Origin: Candidatus Binatia bacterium
GTDB lineage: Bacteria; Desulfobacterota; Binatia; Bin18
Direction of reading: 5' to 3'
Assembly (NCBI GenBank): GCA_963666315.2
Contig: CAXXHG010000020.1
Coordinates: 9,339 to 73,338 of the forward strand
Length of the DNA stretch: 64,000 nucleotides
Shown: one piece after another, positions 30,340 through 40,707 of the stretch
Numbering within the stretch: the first letter of the stretch is position 1
Layout: every line of letters begins with the position of its first letter
Program-made: the position numbers and the translations under genes
Notes under the pieces: model-generated
Told to the model about the DNA's origin: nothing
Seen by the model: the letters and a program-made list of their open reading frames with translations, nothing else
Database searches by the model: none

Positions 30340-30681
30340 TTACAAGATATAAGTTTGAACCAAACGTATGCCGCCATTGCCGATCCGACCCGCCGCGCGA
30401 TTCTGATCCGCTTGATGCAGTCTGAAGCGCGCGTGACTGAGCTGGCCGAGCCCTTCGACATTTCGCTTAACGCGGTCTCAAAACATCTGCGCGTCCTTGA
30501 ACGGGCACAGTTGATCCGCCGCAGGATCAAAGGCCGCGATCATTATCTGTCGGTGAACATTGAGCCACTCCAAGAGGCGGCCGAGTGGATCGAAACATAC
30601 CAGCAGTTTTGGGAAAAACGTATGGATGCGCTTGAACTATTTCTGGTGAAAAAAAACTCCCAAAAGAAACCGAAGCGCTAA
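30331..30681 (+). CDS. ArsR/SmtB family transcriptional regulator
   Basis: Motifs ADPTRRAIL, VTELAEPFDISLNAVSKHLRVLERA. Confidence 0.92.
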   Translation: MVELQDISLNQTYAAIADPTRRAILIRLMQSEARVTELAEPFDISLNAVSKHLRVLERAQLIRRRIKGRDHYLSVNIEPLQEAAEWIETYQQFWEKRMDALELFLVKKNSQKKPKR

Positions 30682-30683
30682 GC

Positions 30684-31148
30684 ATGACAACCTCACCGAC
30701 ACACAACATCGTATACGTGCAGCGGCTGCTGCCGGCCACACCCCAAGAAGTGTTTGACGCCTGGATTGACCCCGACAGTCCAACCGCATGGATGCGACCG
30801 GACGAGATTACCAGTACCAGCACCGAGCTCGAGGTACGGGTTGGCGGGTCGTACCGTATTGTCATGCGCTGTGCCACGGCTGAATATATACACACCGGAG
30901 AATATCTCGAAATCCAGCCGTACGAACGCCTCGTCTTTACTTGGCGTACATCAGCCGACTGGCCACAGGCCAGTATTGTGACGGTTGAGCTGCATCCGCA
31001 GCAAGATGGGACTCAGCTCGAACTCACACACGAACGGCTGCCAGACGAAGAGTCTGTAGCCAACTTTCAGGGCGGCTGGCAGAGCGTTGTCGAGAAGTTT
31101 GCAGTCTATCTGCATGCTCCAGCAGAAGCAGAGAGCAACCGGAGATAG
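30684..31148 (+). CDS. SRPBCC/AHSA1-domain protein
   Basis: Motifs VFDAWIDP, VRVGGSYRI, RLVFTW, GGW; typical ArsR partner. Confidence 0.9.
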   Translation: MTTSPTHNIVYVQRLLPATPQEVFDAWIDPDSPTAWMRPDEITSTSTELEVRVGGSYRIVMRCATAEYIHTGEYLEIQPYERLVFTWRTSADWPQASIVTVELHPQQDGTQLELTHERLPDEESVANFQGGWQSVVEKFAVYLHAPAEAESNRR

Positions 31149-31201
31149 ACGCTTCTCCCTTGCGGCGGTAGACTCAGGCCGACTGACAAAGGAGGCCTTC
31201 T

Positions 31202-32080
31202 ATGTCTGGAAATTCTACCAGTCGTACAATTGATACGGGCACAGAGCGTGTAATTGACACGGGTACAGACCGTGTAATTGACACGGGCACAGACCACCTG
31301 CTCGCCCGCGTTGAAGATGGCGTCGCGGTCCTGACTTTCAATCGCCCAGAAGCGCGCAATGCCCTGTCCCCTAGCATGCTTCCAGCCTTACGGACGTTAT
31401 TACCTGAACTGGAAATGGACCGTGATGTCGGCTGTGTGGTACTCACCGGCGCAGGTACCGCCTTCTGTGCCGGCGGAGATGTCAAAGGCATGGGCCGCTC
31501 AGCGGGTCGGGCTTCGACTCCGGAAGAACGCATTACGGAACTCGGCGCCCGACAGGCATCCGTCACTGCCGCAATACACGAACTGGCCAAGCCGGTTATT
31601 GCCGCCCTGCCAGGTGCAGCCGCCGGTGCAGGACTGTCCATTGCCCTATCGTGTGACTTACGCATTGCCGCGGAGAGCGCGTTTATTACCACCGCCTTCG
31701 TCAATATTGGTTTGAGCGGAGATTACGGGGGCAGTTGGTTCTTGACCCGGCTCGTGGGGCCGGCCAAGGCACGTGAACTATACTTTCTGGCTGACCGGAT
31801 CGGAGCCACCGAGTGCCAGCAGCTGGGTATCGTCAATCGAGTCGTTCCAGACGAATATCTCCAGACCGAAGCCTTGACCTGGGCTAAACAGATTGCAGCC
31901 GGGCCACGCGTTGCACACCGCTATATGAAAGAAAATTTGAACCGAGCCCTGACGGCTGACCTACGGACGTGTCTCACTATGGAAGCCGACCGACTAGCCC
32001 GGACCTCGATGACCGAAGATCATAAAGAGGCGGTCAAGGCGTTTGTTGAGAAACGTAAGCCCAGGTTTAAGGGGCGCTAG
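31202..32080 (+). CDS. Enoyl-CoA hydratase/isomerase family protein
   Basis: Motifs FNRPEARNA, AFCAGGD, AAGAGLSIALSCDLR, AFVEKRKPRF. Confidence 0.92.
   Translation: MSGNSTSRTIDTGTERVIDTGTDRVIDTGTDHLLARVEDGVAVLTFNRPEARNALSPSMLPALRTLLPELEMDRDVGCVVLTGAGTAFCAGGDVKGMGRSAGRASTPEERITELGARQASVTAAIHELAKPVIAALPGAAAGAGLSIALSCDLRIAAESAFITTAFVNIGLSGDYGGSWFLTRLVGPAKARELYFLADRIGATECQQLGIVNRVVPDEYLQTEALTWAKQIAAGPRVAHRYMKENLNRALTADLRTCLTMEADRLARTSMTEDHKEAVKAFVEKRKPRFKGR
31229..31295 (+). repeat. 24-bp tandem repeat x3 (IDTGTxxV) in the crotonase N-terminus
   Basis: attgatacgggcacagagcgtgta / attgacacgggtacagaccgtgta / attgacacgggcacagacc. Confidence 0.9.
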
Positions 32081-32092
32081 AGAGAGGCAAAT

Positions 32093-33172
32093 ATGCAATT
32101 CGGCATCATCTTTCCAACTCGCATCGATGATTGGCAACTCATTAAAGACGCCGAGGACCTGGGCTATGACCGCGCCTGGGCGCCTGACTCGCAAATGATC
32201 TGGTCGGACTGCTACACAACCCTGGCACTTGCCGCCCATAATACATCGCGCATTCACATCGGCAGCGGAGTGTCGATTCCCGGTACGCGTATCGCCCCAG
32301 TCACCGCGCACTCTATTGCCTCTATTAATCAGATTGCTCCCGGCCGGATATTTCTCGGCATCGGGACGGGACACACGGCCATGCGCGTCATGGGCATGAA
32401 ACCCATGCGCATCGCTCCGTTTCGGGAGTATCTACGGGTCGTCAGCACATTGCTACGCGGCGAAGAAGTAGAGTACACACTGGATGGGACGACGCGCACC
32501 ATTCGGTTTCTGCACCAAGATCTGCGCTTTATTAATCTCGAAGATCCTATTCCGATTTATATTGCCGCCAATGGACCCAGAGCTCTCAATATTACCGGAG
32601 AATTTGGTGACGGCCTCACCACGCTCCTGTACGAGGACACCAGCATTCTGGCCAGCCATTTACAACTCATAAAAAAAGGTGCAGCCAAAGCCGGACGTAA
32701 CCTGCCCGACCCGTTTCATGTATCAGCCGTGACTTCGGCTGTTATTCTACGTCCAGGTGAAACCCTGGCATCAGAGCGCGTGATTGATGCTTGCGGAGCC
32801 TGGGTCACGACCGCGTTACATTTCGTGTACGAAGTCTACCAGCTCACAAAAAAGGAAGAGGTCATCCCGCCCGCGTTTCAAGACATCTGGGAAGAATACT
32901 GCGCCTATGTTGAAAAAATGGAGACTCCAGCTGACAAACGCTATCTCCAGATCCATGACGGTCACAGCACCTATCTGGTTCCGGCAGAACGGCGCTTTGT
33001 CACCCCTAAAGCGATTCAAGGTACGAGTTTAGTAGGAACGCCTGATGAGATTATCGAGCGCATACGACAAGCAGAGAAAGCGGGCATGCGCGAGCTCACC
33101 ATCCTCCCGCCAACAGAAACGAACCGGGAGATGGTTACGGAATTTGCGGAGAAGGTGATACCGCGGTATTAG
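32093..33172 (+). CDS. LLM class oxidoreductase
   Basis: Motifs AEDLGYDRAWAPDS, GRIFLGIGTG, IPIYIAANGP. Confidence 0.92.
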   Translation: MQFGIIFPTRIDDWQLIKDAEDLGYDRAWAPDSQMIWSDCYTTLALAAHNTSRIHIGSGVSIPGTRIAPVTAHSIASINQIAPGRIFLGIGTGHTAMRVMGMKPMRIAPFREYLRVVSTLLRGEEVEYTLDGTTRTIRFLHQDLRFINLEDPIPIYIAANGPRALNITGEFGDGLTTLLYEDTSILASHLQLIKKGAAKAGRNLPDPFHVSAVTSAVILRPGETLASERVIDACGAWVTTALHFVYEVYQLTKKEEVIPPAFQDIWEEYCAYVEKMETPADKRYLQIHDGHSTYLVPAERRFVTPKAIQGTSLVGTPDEIIERIRQAEKAGMRELTILPPTETNREMVTEFAEKVIPRY

Positions 33173-33186
33173 CCGTTATCGAGACT

Positions 33187-33266
33187 GTAGGGGTAACCCT
33201 ATGTGGTTGCCTTTCCGACTCATGGCCCACCCCGGCGCTTCGCGCCACCCCTCCTTGGAGGGGAAT
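33187..33266. repeat. Two REP-like palindromic elements between convergent genes
   Basis: GTAGGGGTAACCCTATGTGGTTGCC (GTAG-type; related copy at 38633) and CCCACCCCGGCGCTTCGCGCCACCCCTCCTTGGAGGGG (related inverted copy at about 34497-34530). Confidence 0.6.
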
Positions 33267-33274
33267 ATAAAGAT

Positions 33275-34417
33275 CTACCCTCCAACCTGCTCATTCAAAT
33301 TCGCAATCGCGTCAACATAACCTTCGATCATTTCGCGTACCACATCACGCGTCGCTCGACTCGTTTTGTGCGCGCCTATGCCCTGACCGGCTGGATAGGT
33401 GTAGAGCTGATACGCGCCAGACCCTTGTGTTACGCCAGGCGCTTTCATGGCATGATCGATACGCCTCAAATAGTCATAATTCAGTACACTCTGTAGCGGC
33501 GTTTTGAGCGGCTCTGGCGTGTCTGGCCGATCCCATTCTTCCGTCCATTTGGAACGCAAAAAACGGGCGTGTTTACCCGTCATGGACCTGGTCCGAATAG
33601 TGTCATCTGTATCCGCGGCCAGCATCTTTTCCTTAGCCATGCGATCTAGCTCAGATTCAACAGTCGTCAACCAGACCGAACCACACCACACGCCCTGTGC
33701 GCCAAGCGCCATGGCTGCCGCCATCTGGCGCCCACTGCCTATACCTCCAGCGCCCAGCACCGGGATCGGCGCAACCGCGTCAACGACTTCCGGGATCAAT
33801 ACCATGCCACCGATTTCTCCAGTGTGGCCACCAGCTTCGTATGACTGGGCGATAATCACGTCCACGCCAGCCGCTTTATGCCGTTCGGCATGCTTTTTCT
33901 TGCCTGCCAGAGCGCCAACATACAGACCCCGCTCATGCGCAGCTTGTATCACCCAGTCCGGCGGTATGCCGAGCGCACTCACCAGGAACTTGGCTTTATG
34001 CGCAAAGGCAATGTCAATAATGCCTTTGGCCTGCTTCTGAGAATAGCGTAGGCCGCGCTCTTTTTTGGAAGACGTCAGATGTTCTGGAAGCTCCGGCACA
34101 CGGGCCTGTGACAGCAGGCTATCAAGGAATTGCCTATGCTCGTCCGGGATGTAGTCTTTGAGTGATTTTTGATCCATCCCACCTTTTTCTGCGCCCACAT
34201 AGTTTGCCGGCATCATGAGATCAACGCCGTAGGGAAGGTCTCCCAGCTGTTCGTCTATCCATTGCAGATCAATTTCCAGACGTTCGTCAGAGTGAATCGC
34301 CGCGCCCAGCACACCCAGCCCACCGGCCTTACTCACCGCGACGACCACATCACGGCAATGTGTGAAAGCAAAAATAGGATATTCGATTCCAAACATTTGT
34401 GTGATTTGTACTGACAT
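33275..34417 (-). CDS. Nitronate monooxygenase family flavoprotein
   Basis: Motifs AVSKAGGLGVLG, EAGGHTG, AGGIGSGRQMAAAMALGAQGVWCGS. Confidence 0.9.
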   Translation of the reverse strand: MSVQITQMFGIEYPIFAFTHCRDVVVAVSKAGGLGVLGAAIHSDERLEIDLQWIDEQLGDLPYGVDLMMPANYVGAEKGGMDQKSLKDYIPDEHRQFLDSLLSQARVPELPEHLTSSKKERGLRYSQKQAKGIIDIAFAHKAKFLVSALGIPPDWVIQAAHERGLYVGALAGKKKHAERHKAAGVDVIIAQSYEAGGHTGEIGGMVLIPEVVDAVAPIPVLGAGGIGSGRQMAAAMALGAQGVWCGSVWLTTVESELDRMAKEKMLAADTDDTIRTRSMTGKHARFLRSKWTEEWDRPDTPEPLKTPLQSVLNYDYLRRIDHAMKAPGVTQGSGAYQLYTYPAGQGIGAHKTSRATRDVVREMIEGYVDAIANLNEQVGG

Positions 34418-34583
34418 AATCTTCCCCCGCCGAAAGAGATCTCCTCACAACTTGCAATAGCGTGCCTACATACGCAAGCGCTATCAAAAATACGGTGTGG
34501 AGGCGTAGCGCGTAGCGCCGGGGCGGGTTTTAGATTCTCGACACGCAGGAATACCCTTCCACGGAACTGTAGCCAGAGTACTC

Positions 34584-35438
34584 CTACTCCTTTGGCTTCA
34601 TAAATTTGAGCGTCATACGATCGCTCTCGCCGATAGCAAGATATTTATCCTGATCTATCTCTCCAAGCCGCAACCGTGGGGGTAATGTCCACACGCCTTT
34701 CGGGTGGTCCCTGGAGTCTTTCGGGTTGGCATTGAACTCGGACTTAGCCACACGTTTGAAGCCCGCTTTCTCGACCATTTGAATAGTCGCCTCCTCGGTC
34801 ACATATCCAGAGCGGGCTTGGGGGTCTTGCGGCTTGGCAGGATCGCCACGGTGCTCGACCACTCCAAAGATACCGCCCGGTTTTAACGCTTTGTATATGG
34901 CTGAAAAAACACCGTCAGCAGTCCCCGCTTTCATCCAGTTATGTACATTCCGAAAAGTGAGCACCATGTCCGCCGAGCCTTCCGGTGCGATAGCGACTTT
35001 ATGTGGCGGGGCGAGCTCTGTAATCGTCGGCTTACCGTACACGTCGGGGTTCGAGGTGAGTTTTTCGTCCAAGATCTTTATCAAATTCTGGACATACGCG
35101 CGGTCAGATTCTCGATCCGGTCCGGCAGCGTAATATGTCCCTTTGTCTTTGAGGTAGGGCGCCAGAATCTCGGTATACCAACCCCTTCCCGGCGATATCT
35201 CGACAACGGTCATGTCCGATTTCAGGCCCAACCAAGTCAGGGTTTTGGCCGGATGCCGATACTGGTCACGCGCCTTATGCTCTGCTGAGCGATGTTCTCC
35301 ATCGATCACAGCTTGCAGCGCAGGATCGACAGAATTTGAGAACTCATGCTGGTCGGCAAAGACATATCCGACCGAGGACACGCCAAGAGTAACCGCTAGG
35401 CAGCCTTGTAGGAAACGAAGCAGTAGAGATTTCTTCAT
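34584..35438 (-). CDS. Exported SAM-dependent methyltransferase-like protein (COG4798 type)
   Basis: Signal peptide; motifs RDQYRHP, EISPGRGWYTEILAP, TFRNVHNW, GVWTLPP, IGESDRMTLKF. Confidence 0.85.
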   Translation of the reverse strand: MKKSLLLRFLQGCLAVTLGVSSVGYVFADQHEFSNSVDPALQAVIDGEHRSAEHKARDQYRHPAKTLTWLGLKSDMTVVEISPGRGWYTEILAPYLKDKGTYYAAGPDRESDRAYVQNLIKILDEKLTSNPDVYGKPTITELAPPHKVAIAPEGSADMVLTFRNVHNWMKAGTADGVFSAIYKALKPGGIFGVVEHRGDPAKPQDPQARSGYVTEEATIQMVEKAGFKRVAKSEFNANPKDSRDHPKGVWTLPPRLRLGEIDQDKYLAIGESDRMTLKFMKPKE

Positions 35439-35672
35439 AAACAGCCCTCCATACTCATATTGCTTATTTACGTCGTCAGATCGCCATCCATAAGAATGGA
35501 CTGGCCAATCACACAGGACAAGAACGCTGGGAACAGTCCTCTTATAGCAGCCGCAGAGTAGGAACAGGAACCACGTGAGGGTAGTGAGTTCAGTGTATTG
35601 ATGGACAGACGGGTCTCGTACCCGCCCTTTCCCAAGCAAGCGCAAGGGATAGCAAGGGCTATCCTGCCACTA

Positions 35673-36068
35673 TCAGTACGCGGGGGCGCACACGCCCATA
35701 TATGCGTCACAGAACGGTTCGACAGAGGGCGCCGGCGGGCGCGACGTGGTCGGCGGAATACCAATCTTTGCCCCAGCAAACGTTCCGCACAGCTGCACTT
35801 GGCCGCTGTTGACCAAATATACGACCGTGGCTACAACTTCTTCCTCGCCGGCCGCGACAGCATGGACTGCCCGGACGAGATCAAGAAGCGTACACCCCAT
35901 CGGCGTAGGCTCCCCGCTCCGCCCTTGTGTTCGAGGCAGTATGGAGAGGAGGGGAGGAACGGAGCACTTGGTTTTTTTACTCTGCCTGCCAAGTGCTCCG
36001 TTTTGTGAGAAAAGAGAATCAAGAGTGCGGGCGTTTGGGGAGGTCGTGCGTATATTTCTATTCCGCAT
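35673..36068 (-). CDS. Small hypothetical protein
   Basis: Compact protein-like core TLLDLVRAV...EEEVVATVVYLVNSGQVQLCGTF; co-oriented downstream of degP; start uncertain. Confidence 0.5.
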   Translation of the reverse strand: MRNRNIRTTSPNARTLDSLFSQNGALGRQSKKTKCSVPPLLSILPRTQGRSGEPTPMGCTLLDLVRAVHAVAAGEEEVVATVVYLVNSGQVQLCGTFAGAKIGIPPTTSRPPAPSVEPFCDAYMGVCAPAY

Positions 36069-36093
36069 GGTCCGCACTCCCTTGGGCTGTCAG

Positions 36094-37584
36094 CTATTTC
36101 GCTGCGAGTGAGGCATATTGATTCACGCCATTGCCGCGTCGCAGCAATAGTAAGAGCGGCTTATCCTCTACCACTTTTGCGATTTCCTTTTTCAGCGCAT
36201 CAACAGACTCGACCCGTGTCCGGTTGACTTCCAGGATTACGTCGCCCTCACGCACTCCGGCTTCGGCAGCCGGACTATCCGGATTCACACCAGCCACGAT
36301 CACGCCTTCCCCGTCTTTGAGGTTCATCCGCTCCCGCTCCTGCGGATTCAGTTCGCGCAGAGCCATACCCCATTTCCCTTTTTGAACAGGTCCGCTCGCC
36401 GGTTCGGGCTCGTCCAATTTGGCAATCTCAATCGTCAGCGTTTTCGTCTGCCCGTCGCGTAGCACCTCGACCGGTACTGCGTTGCCGACCTTGGTGTTTG
36501 CTACCAGCACGGGCAAATCGGAATTTTCTGCCACTTCGTGGCCGTCATAGCGGACAATCACATCGCCGCGTTGTACGCCGCCTTTATCGGCAGGGCTGTC
36601 CGGGGAGACATCGGCCACCAACGCACCACTCGCCTCTTCGAGTCCGAGCGATTCAGCTAGCTCTTTGGTCATCTTTTGAATGGTCACCCCCAGCCAGCCG
36701 CGAGTGATATGACCTTTGGTTTCCAGATCAGGCACGAGCTGTTTGGCCAAGTTGATCGGGATGGCAAAGCCAATGCCGATATTGCCACCACCACTGCCAT
36801 AGATTGCCGTGTTAATGCCAACGACTTCGCCCTTTTCGTTAAACAGCGGCCCACCCGAGTTTCCGGGGTTAATTGAGGCATCAGTCTGGATGAAGTCATC
36901 ATACGGACCAGCACCGATCGTCCGGCCTTTGGCACTCACAATGCCAGCGGTGACCGTATTGCTCAAGCCGAATGGATTACCAATGGCCATGACCCAGTCA
37001 CCCACGCGCAGGTTCTCAGAGTCGCCCAGGCTAGCCACCGGCAGGTCAACTGCGGCTTCGATCTTCAGGACAGCGAGATCGGTCTTGGGGTCACGGCCGA
37101 GCACTATGGCCTGATATTCCCGTTCGTCCGGCAAATTCACCATGATTTCGGTCGCGTTTTCGACCACATGGTTATTCGTAATAATGAGACCGTCCTTACG
37201 GATGATAAACCCAGAGCCGGAACTGCGGCGCGGAAAGCCCTGAGGCGGACGCCGCGGGTAAGGCGAACGAAAGTCAGGCGGGAACGGGAATTGGCGACCA
37301 AAAGGATTGTGCGGACCACCAAAACCGCGTCCGCGGTCGGATGCTTTTTCTATCCCTACCACTCGGACATGGACGACGGCGGGCGACACATGCTCAGCTA
37401 GATCGGCAAACGATGGGAGCCCGACTGGCGTTAATGTAACCCCAGGCGTCGAAATTGCCGCCTCAGTTTCAGTTTCCGGTGCAGCACGGACGGCATCAAG
37501 CTGAGTCATACGCCCCAAGGCAAAAGCACCCAGAGCGAGTGTAACGGCCATCACTCCAACGAACGTTTTCTTTTTCATCTGCAT
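36094..37584 (-). CDS. degP: DegP/HtrA serine endoprotease with two PDZ domains
   Basis: Motifs GSGFII, TNNHVV, DLAVLKI, IQTDASINPGNSGGPL; two PDZ domains. Confidence 0.93.
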   Translation of the reverse strand: MQMKKKTFVGVMAVTLALGAFALGRMTQLDAVRAAPETETEAAISTPGVTLTPVGLPSFADLAEHVSPAVVHVRVVGIEKASDRGRGFGGPHNPFGRQFPFPPDFRSPYPRRPPQGFPRRSSGSGFIIRKDGLIITNNHVVENATEIMVNLPDEREYQAIVLGRDPKTDLAVLKIEAAVDLPVASLGDSENLRVGDWVMAIGNPFGLSNTVTAGIVSAKGRTIGAGPYDDFIQTDASINPGNSGGPLFNEKGEVVGINTAIYGSGGGNIGIGFAIPINLAKQLVPDLETKGHITRGWLGVTIQKMTKELAESLGLEEASGALVADVSPDSPADKGGVQRGDVIVRYDGHEVAENSDLPVLVANTKVGNAVPVEVLRDGQTKTLTIEIAKLDEPEPASGPVQKGKWGMALRELNPQERERMNLKDGEGVIVAGVNPDSPAAEAGVREGDVILEVNRTRVESVDALKKEIAKVVEDKPLLLLLRRGNGVNQYASLAAK

Positions 37585-37724
37585 AACATTCCTCCTCGCA
37601 GCAGCGTTTCTGTGTTCTTTGACGTTATATATACCCATTATATATGAGAGACAGATGAGACCAAGATTAAAGTTCTCTCATGTTTCCAAATGCCCTCTTG
37701 TCTGGCGGGAGCGACGGGGAGCAC

Positions 37725-38618
37725 CTATGGATACGTTGAGGAGGTCTCCAGCCAGGCAATCAGACACAGAAAAACAGCACTCAGCCCAGCGAGCCACTGC
37801 AGAGTGCGTTCGTTTGCTTCAGGCAGGGCGGGGACAAGCGCACCAAGCAGGACGCCACTCAAGAGGCCGCCAATATGGGCCGTATGGTCGACGCTGGGTT
37901 CAATACCGATCACAAAGCCGTAAAAGGCGATCAGCATCGCGGGCACATGCCACAATTTATAGCGTGAAGACGCAGGAAAGAGGAAAAGCTGTCGCAGCCG
38001 CACCCCGGACAATGCTCCGAGCAAACCCAGAATAGCCCCCGACGCACCAGCCTTCACCGCGAATGACGGATTCCAGAAATAGCTCGCCCAATTCCCCATC
38101 ACTCCAGCCACAACATAAATAAACAGTAATCGTCCCGGCCCGACTGCTCGTAAAGTGAGGACGCCTAGGACACCAAGCGTAGCCATATTACCCGCTAGAT
38201 GCTTGAGTCCGATATGGAGGAATAGAGCAGTCACAGTCCGCCACCATTCTCCATCCACGAGTAACAGGGTACGGATTGCGCCAAAGCGGAGTAACGTCGC
38301 AGAGCCGTGCGAGCTGCCGTGCTGCTCCAGCAGCCACCATACGACCATATTGATACTGATCAGCCCCGCAATCCACGCGAGACTACTCTTGTCTCCTAAT
38401 AAGAACTCTGGAGGCGTTGAAGGACGTGGGGCATCTTCTTCGCTGATGAGTTGCTGCGCCTCTAGCAGACGAGCCGCTTCGACTTCAATGACCCACCCGC
38501 TGGTGGGATGCTCTTTTCGGAAAGACAGCTGAGAATTGATGCCGGCGCTGGCGAGTATGAGAGCCGTTTCTTCGGCGTGACCTTTCTCAGCAACAGCGAT
38601 CAGAAATGCAGAGGCCAC
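37725..38618 (-). CDS. Rhomboid family intramembrane serine protease
   Basis: Motifs EWWR, FLH...HLAGNM, GASGA, AHIGG. Confidence 0.9.
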   Translation of the reverse strand: MASAFLIAVAEKGHAEETALILASAGINSQLSFRKEHPTSGWVIEVEAARLLEAQQLISEEDAPRPSTPPEFLLGDKSSLAWIAGLISINMVVWWLLEQHGSSHGSATLLRFGAIRTLLLVDGEWWRTVTALFLHIGLKHLAGNMATLGVLGVLTLRAVGPGRLLFIYVVAGVMGNWASYFWNPSFAVKAGASGAILGLLGALSGVRLRQLFLFPASSRYKLWHVPAMLIAFYGFVIGIEPSVDHTAHIGGLLSGVLLGALVPALPEANERTLQWLAGLSAVFLCLIAWLETSSTYP

Positions 38619-38632
38619 AGAGATATCCGATA

Positions 38633-38657
38633 TAGGGGCAGCCCCATGTGGCTGCCC
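38633..38657. repeat. REP-like palindrome
   Basis: TAGGGGCAGCCCCATGTGGCTGCCC, same family as 33187. Confidence 0.6.
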
Positions 38658-38665
38658 GTCCCCTC

Positions 38666-38825
38666 CTACGACAACATCTTTTGCGCGCCCTTAACATAGG
38701 CGTCTTCTTTATTGTTCGCCTTTGGACAGGTCGATAGCCTGCACCGAGTAGTCCAAACCCATTTCTTCCAAGGTAATAGAGACCTTCCAGCCGTTTGGGG
38801 TGGATGAGGTGTACAGCTCAATCAT
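38666..38825 (-). pseudogene. Glutathione S-transferase remnant
   Basis: RBS GGAGG, then [26 protein letters not shown]...LSKGEQ and TAA; the rest of the gene is missing. Confidence 0.8.
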
Positions 38826-38847
38826 GTCTTGTCCTCCTGAGTTTGGC

Positions 38848-39675
38848 CTAGTCTGGCTTAGTCGCGGCAAAACGCAGCCGCACATAATCCGCCGTCCATT
38901 GCCCTTCAGCGTCACACAGGTCCGGCTGCAGCACGTTACGAATTTCATTCATGACCGCCGAGCGATCAGCATCCGGAACAGCGTTCAGAAAGCTTCCAGT
39001 GAAAATTTCGAGCCAGTCTCTGATATCTCCGGGTAACCGCGTTGGCCGAGGGATGAGTTCCATGGACGTGACTGTGTATCCGTGGGCTTGCAGCTGCTGG
39101 GTATATATTTCCGGAGTGGGGAAATACCACGGGTTAATCGGCTCTGGATCAATACCGCGAGACTGGAGCGCTTGATACACGGCGGCAACGATAGTCGCAA
39201 TATTCCCTGCGCCGCCGCATTCTGCCACAAACCGTCCGCCCGGCTTGAGCGCTTGCCACACCCCAGCAAGAACGGCGTCGCTGTGTTTCATCCAGTGCAA
39301 GGCGGCATTGCTGAACACCGCGTCAAACTCATTATCATACGAAAGCGCTTGGCCATCGACGACATGCGCGTCTAAACCCCGTTTGCGTGCGGCTTCGATC
39401 TGCTCAGCACTTCCGTCTACGCCAACAACGAGACAGCCAAAGGCCGCCAGTTTTTCCGTCAGCGCCCCATCCCCGCAACCCAGGTCGAGAATGCGCTCAC
39501 CGGGTTGTGGGTTCAGGAGTTCGACCACGGGCATCCCAAGGTCGGCCACAAAGCGAGCACTCCGCGCGTAGCGATCCGGGTCCCAGGTCTGACCTCGTCT
39601 TGTCTGACCTCGTATTGCTTGACCTTGTCGTGTTTGACTGTGTGTCGGCTGCGTGATGTCGGCTCCGTCTGACAT
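38848..39675 (-). CDS. Class I SAM-dependent methyltransferase (trans-aconitate methyltransferase-like)
   Basis: Motifs [31 protein letters not shown]; N-terminal 15-bp repeats. Confidence 0.9.
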   Translation of the reverse strand: MSDGADITQPTHSQTRQGQAIRGQTRRGQTWDPDRYARSARFVADLGMPVVELLNPQPGERILDLGCGDGALTEKLAAFGCLVVGVDGSAEQIEAARKRGLDAHVVDGQALSYDNEFDAVFSNAALHWMKHSDAVLAGVWQALKPGGRFVAECGGAGNIATIVAAVYQALQSRGIDPEPINPWYFPTPEIYTQQLQAHGYTVTSMELIPRPTRLPGDIRDWLEIFTGSFLNAVPDADRSAVMNEIRNVLQPDLCDAEGQWTADYVRLRFAATKPD

Positions 39676-40006
39676 GAGTCTCCCTAATCGTGAAGCCGGG
39701 GGTGAGTCAAGAGGGAAGAGGCAATCAGACTACCCCTACAAAGAAAAGGCTGGAGAAGCGCCGCCGATGCAGTAAGGTTTTCTACGTAGACTTGCGCCTC
39801 TGTCTCCGTATTTTTTCGGACGCGCTTCTCTTGTTCCCAGCAACCTCCTTTTGCATAGTGTTATTCGCATCATGCTATACTGAGACGCGACTGGGACATT
39901 AATCTGCCTATCATCCTTTGCTTACAATCTATCCGTTCTGCATATACGCGCAGCCTGGGTAAAGGCAGGTCCTGGCCTGAATTGATTTCTGTATGTACTG
40001 ACCGCC

Positions 40007-40705
40007 ATGCGCAGTTTGACCGGATAGCACGTCATCGAGCAGCTGTACGAGAGTCCCACCTCGCTGGTATACCGCGCCCAGCGCGAGAGCGAGCAGTTTT
40101 CGATCATCCTCAAAATCCTCAAAGAAGAGTACCCGAGTCCGGCCGAACTGGTGCGCTCCCGCCAAGAGTACGAGATCACGCACAGCCTGGAGCTCCCGGG
40201 CGTGGTCCAGGTCTACAGCCAGCAGCCCTACCAGAACACCTTAGTGATGGAGGTCGAGGACTTCGGCGGCCGGTCCCTGGATCTGTGGCTGCAGGAGCAG
40301 TCTTTTCCTGTGGTCGACGTCCAGCTGACGGAGACGCTGGGCCAGGTGCATGCGGCCAACATCATCCACAAGGACATCAATCCCGCTAACATCGTCTGGA
40401 ACCGCGAGACAGACACGCTCAAGCTGATCGACTTCGGCATTGCCAGCCGCCTGTCCCGGGAGACGCCGACCATCACCACGCCCCACCGCTTAGAAGGCAC
40501 GCTGGCCTATCTGTCACCCGAGCAGACCGGGCGGATGAACCGGGTGGCGGACTACCGCACGGATTACTACTCCTTGGGCGTGACCCTGTATGAGTTACTG
40601 ACCGGCCAGGTGCTGTTTGTGGGGGACGATACGTTGGCGCTGGTGCATGCTCATTTGGCCAAGCCACCCGTGCCACCGCAGGTGATCAAGGCGGCGATTC
40701 CCGAC
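40007..40705 (+). pseudogene. Ser/Thr kinase domain remnant of a hybrid STK-histidine kinase
   Basis: ATG at 40007 gives MRSLTG-TAG-HVIEQLYES...; motifs HKDINPAN, KLIDFG, GTLAYLSPEQTGRMNR; homology ends near 40700. Confidence 0.8.
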
Positions 40706-40707
40706 AG

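Noticed and set aside
31229-31295. 24-bp repeats as a CRISPR array
   Set aside because: Head-to-tail with no spacers, in frame within a CDS, and no cas genes
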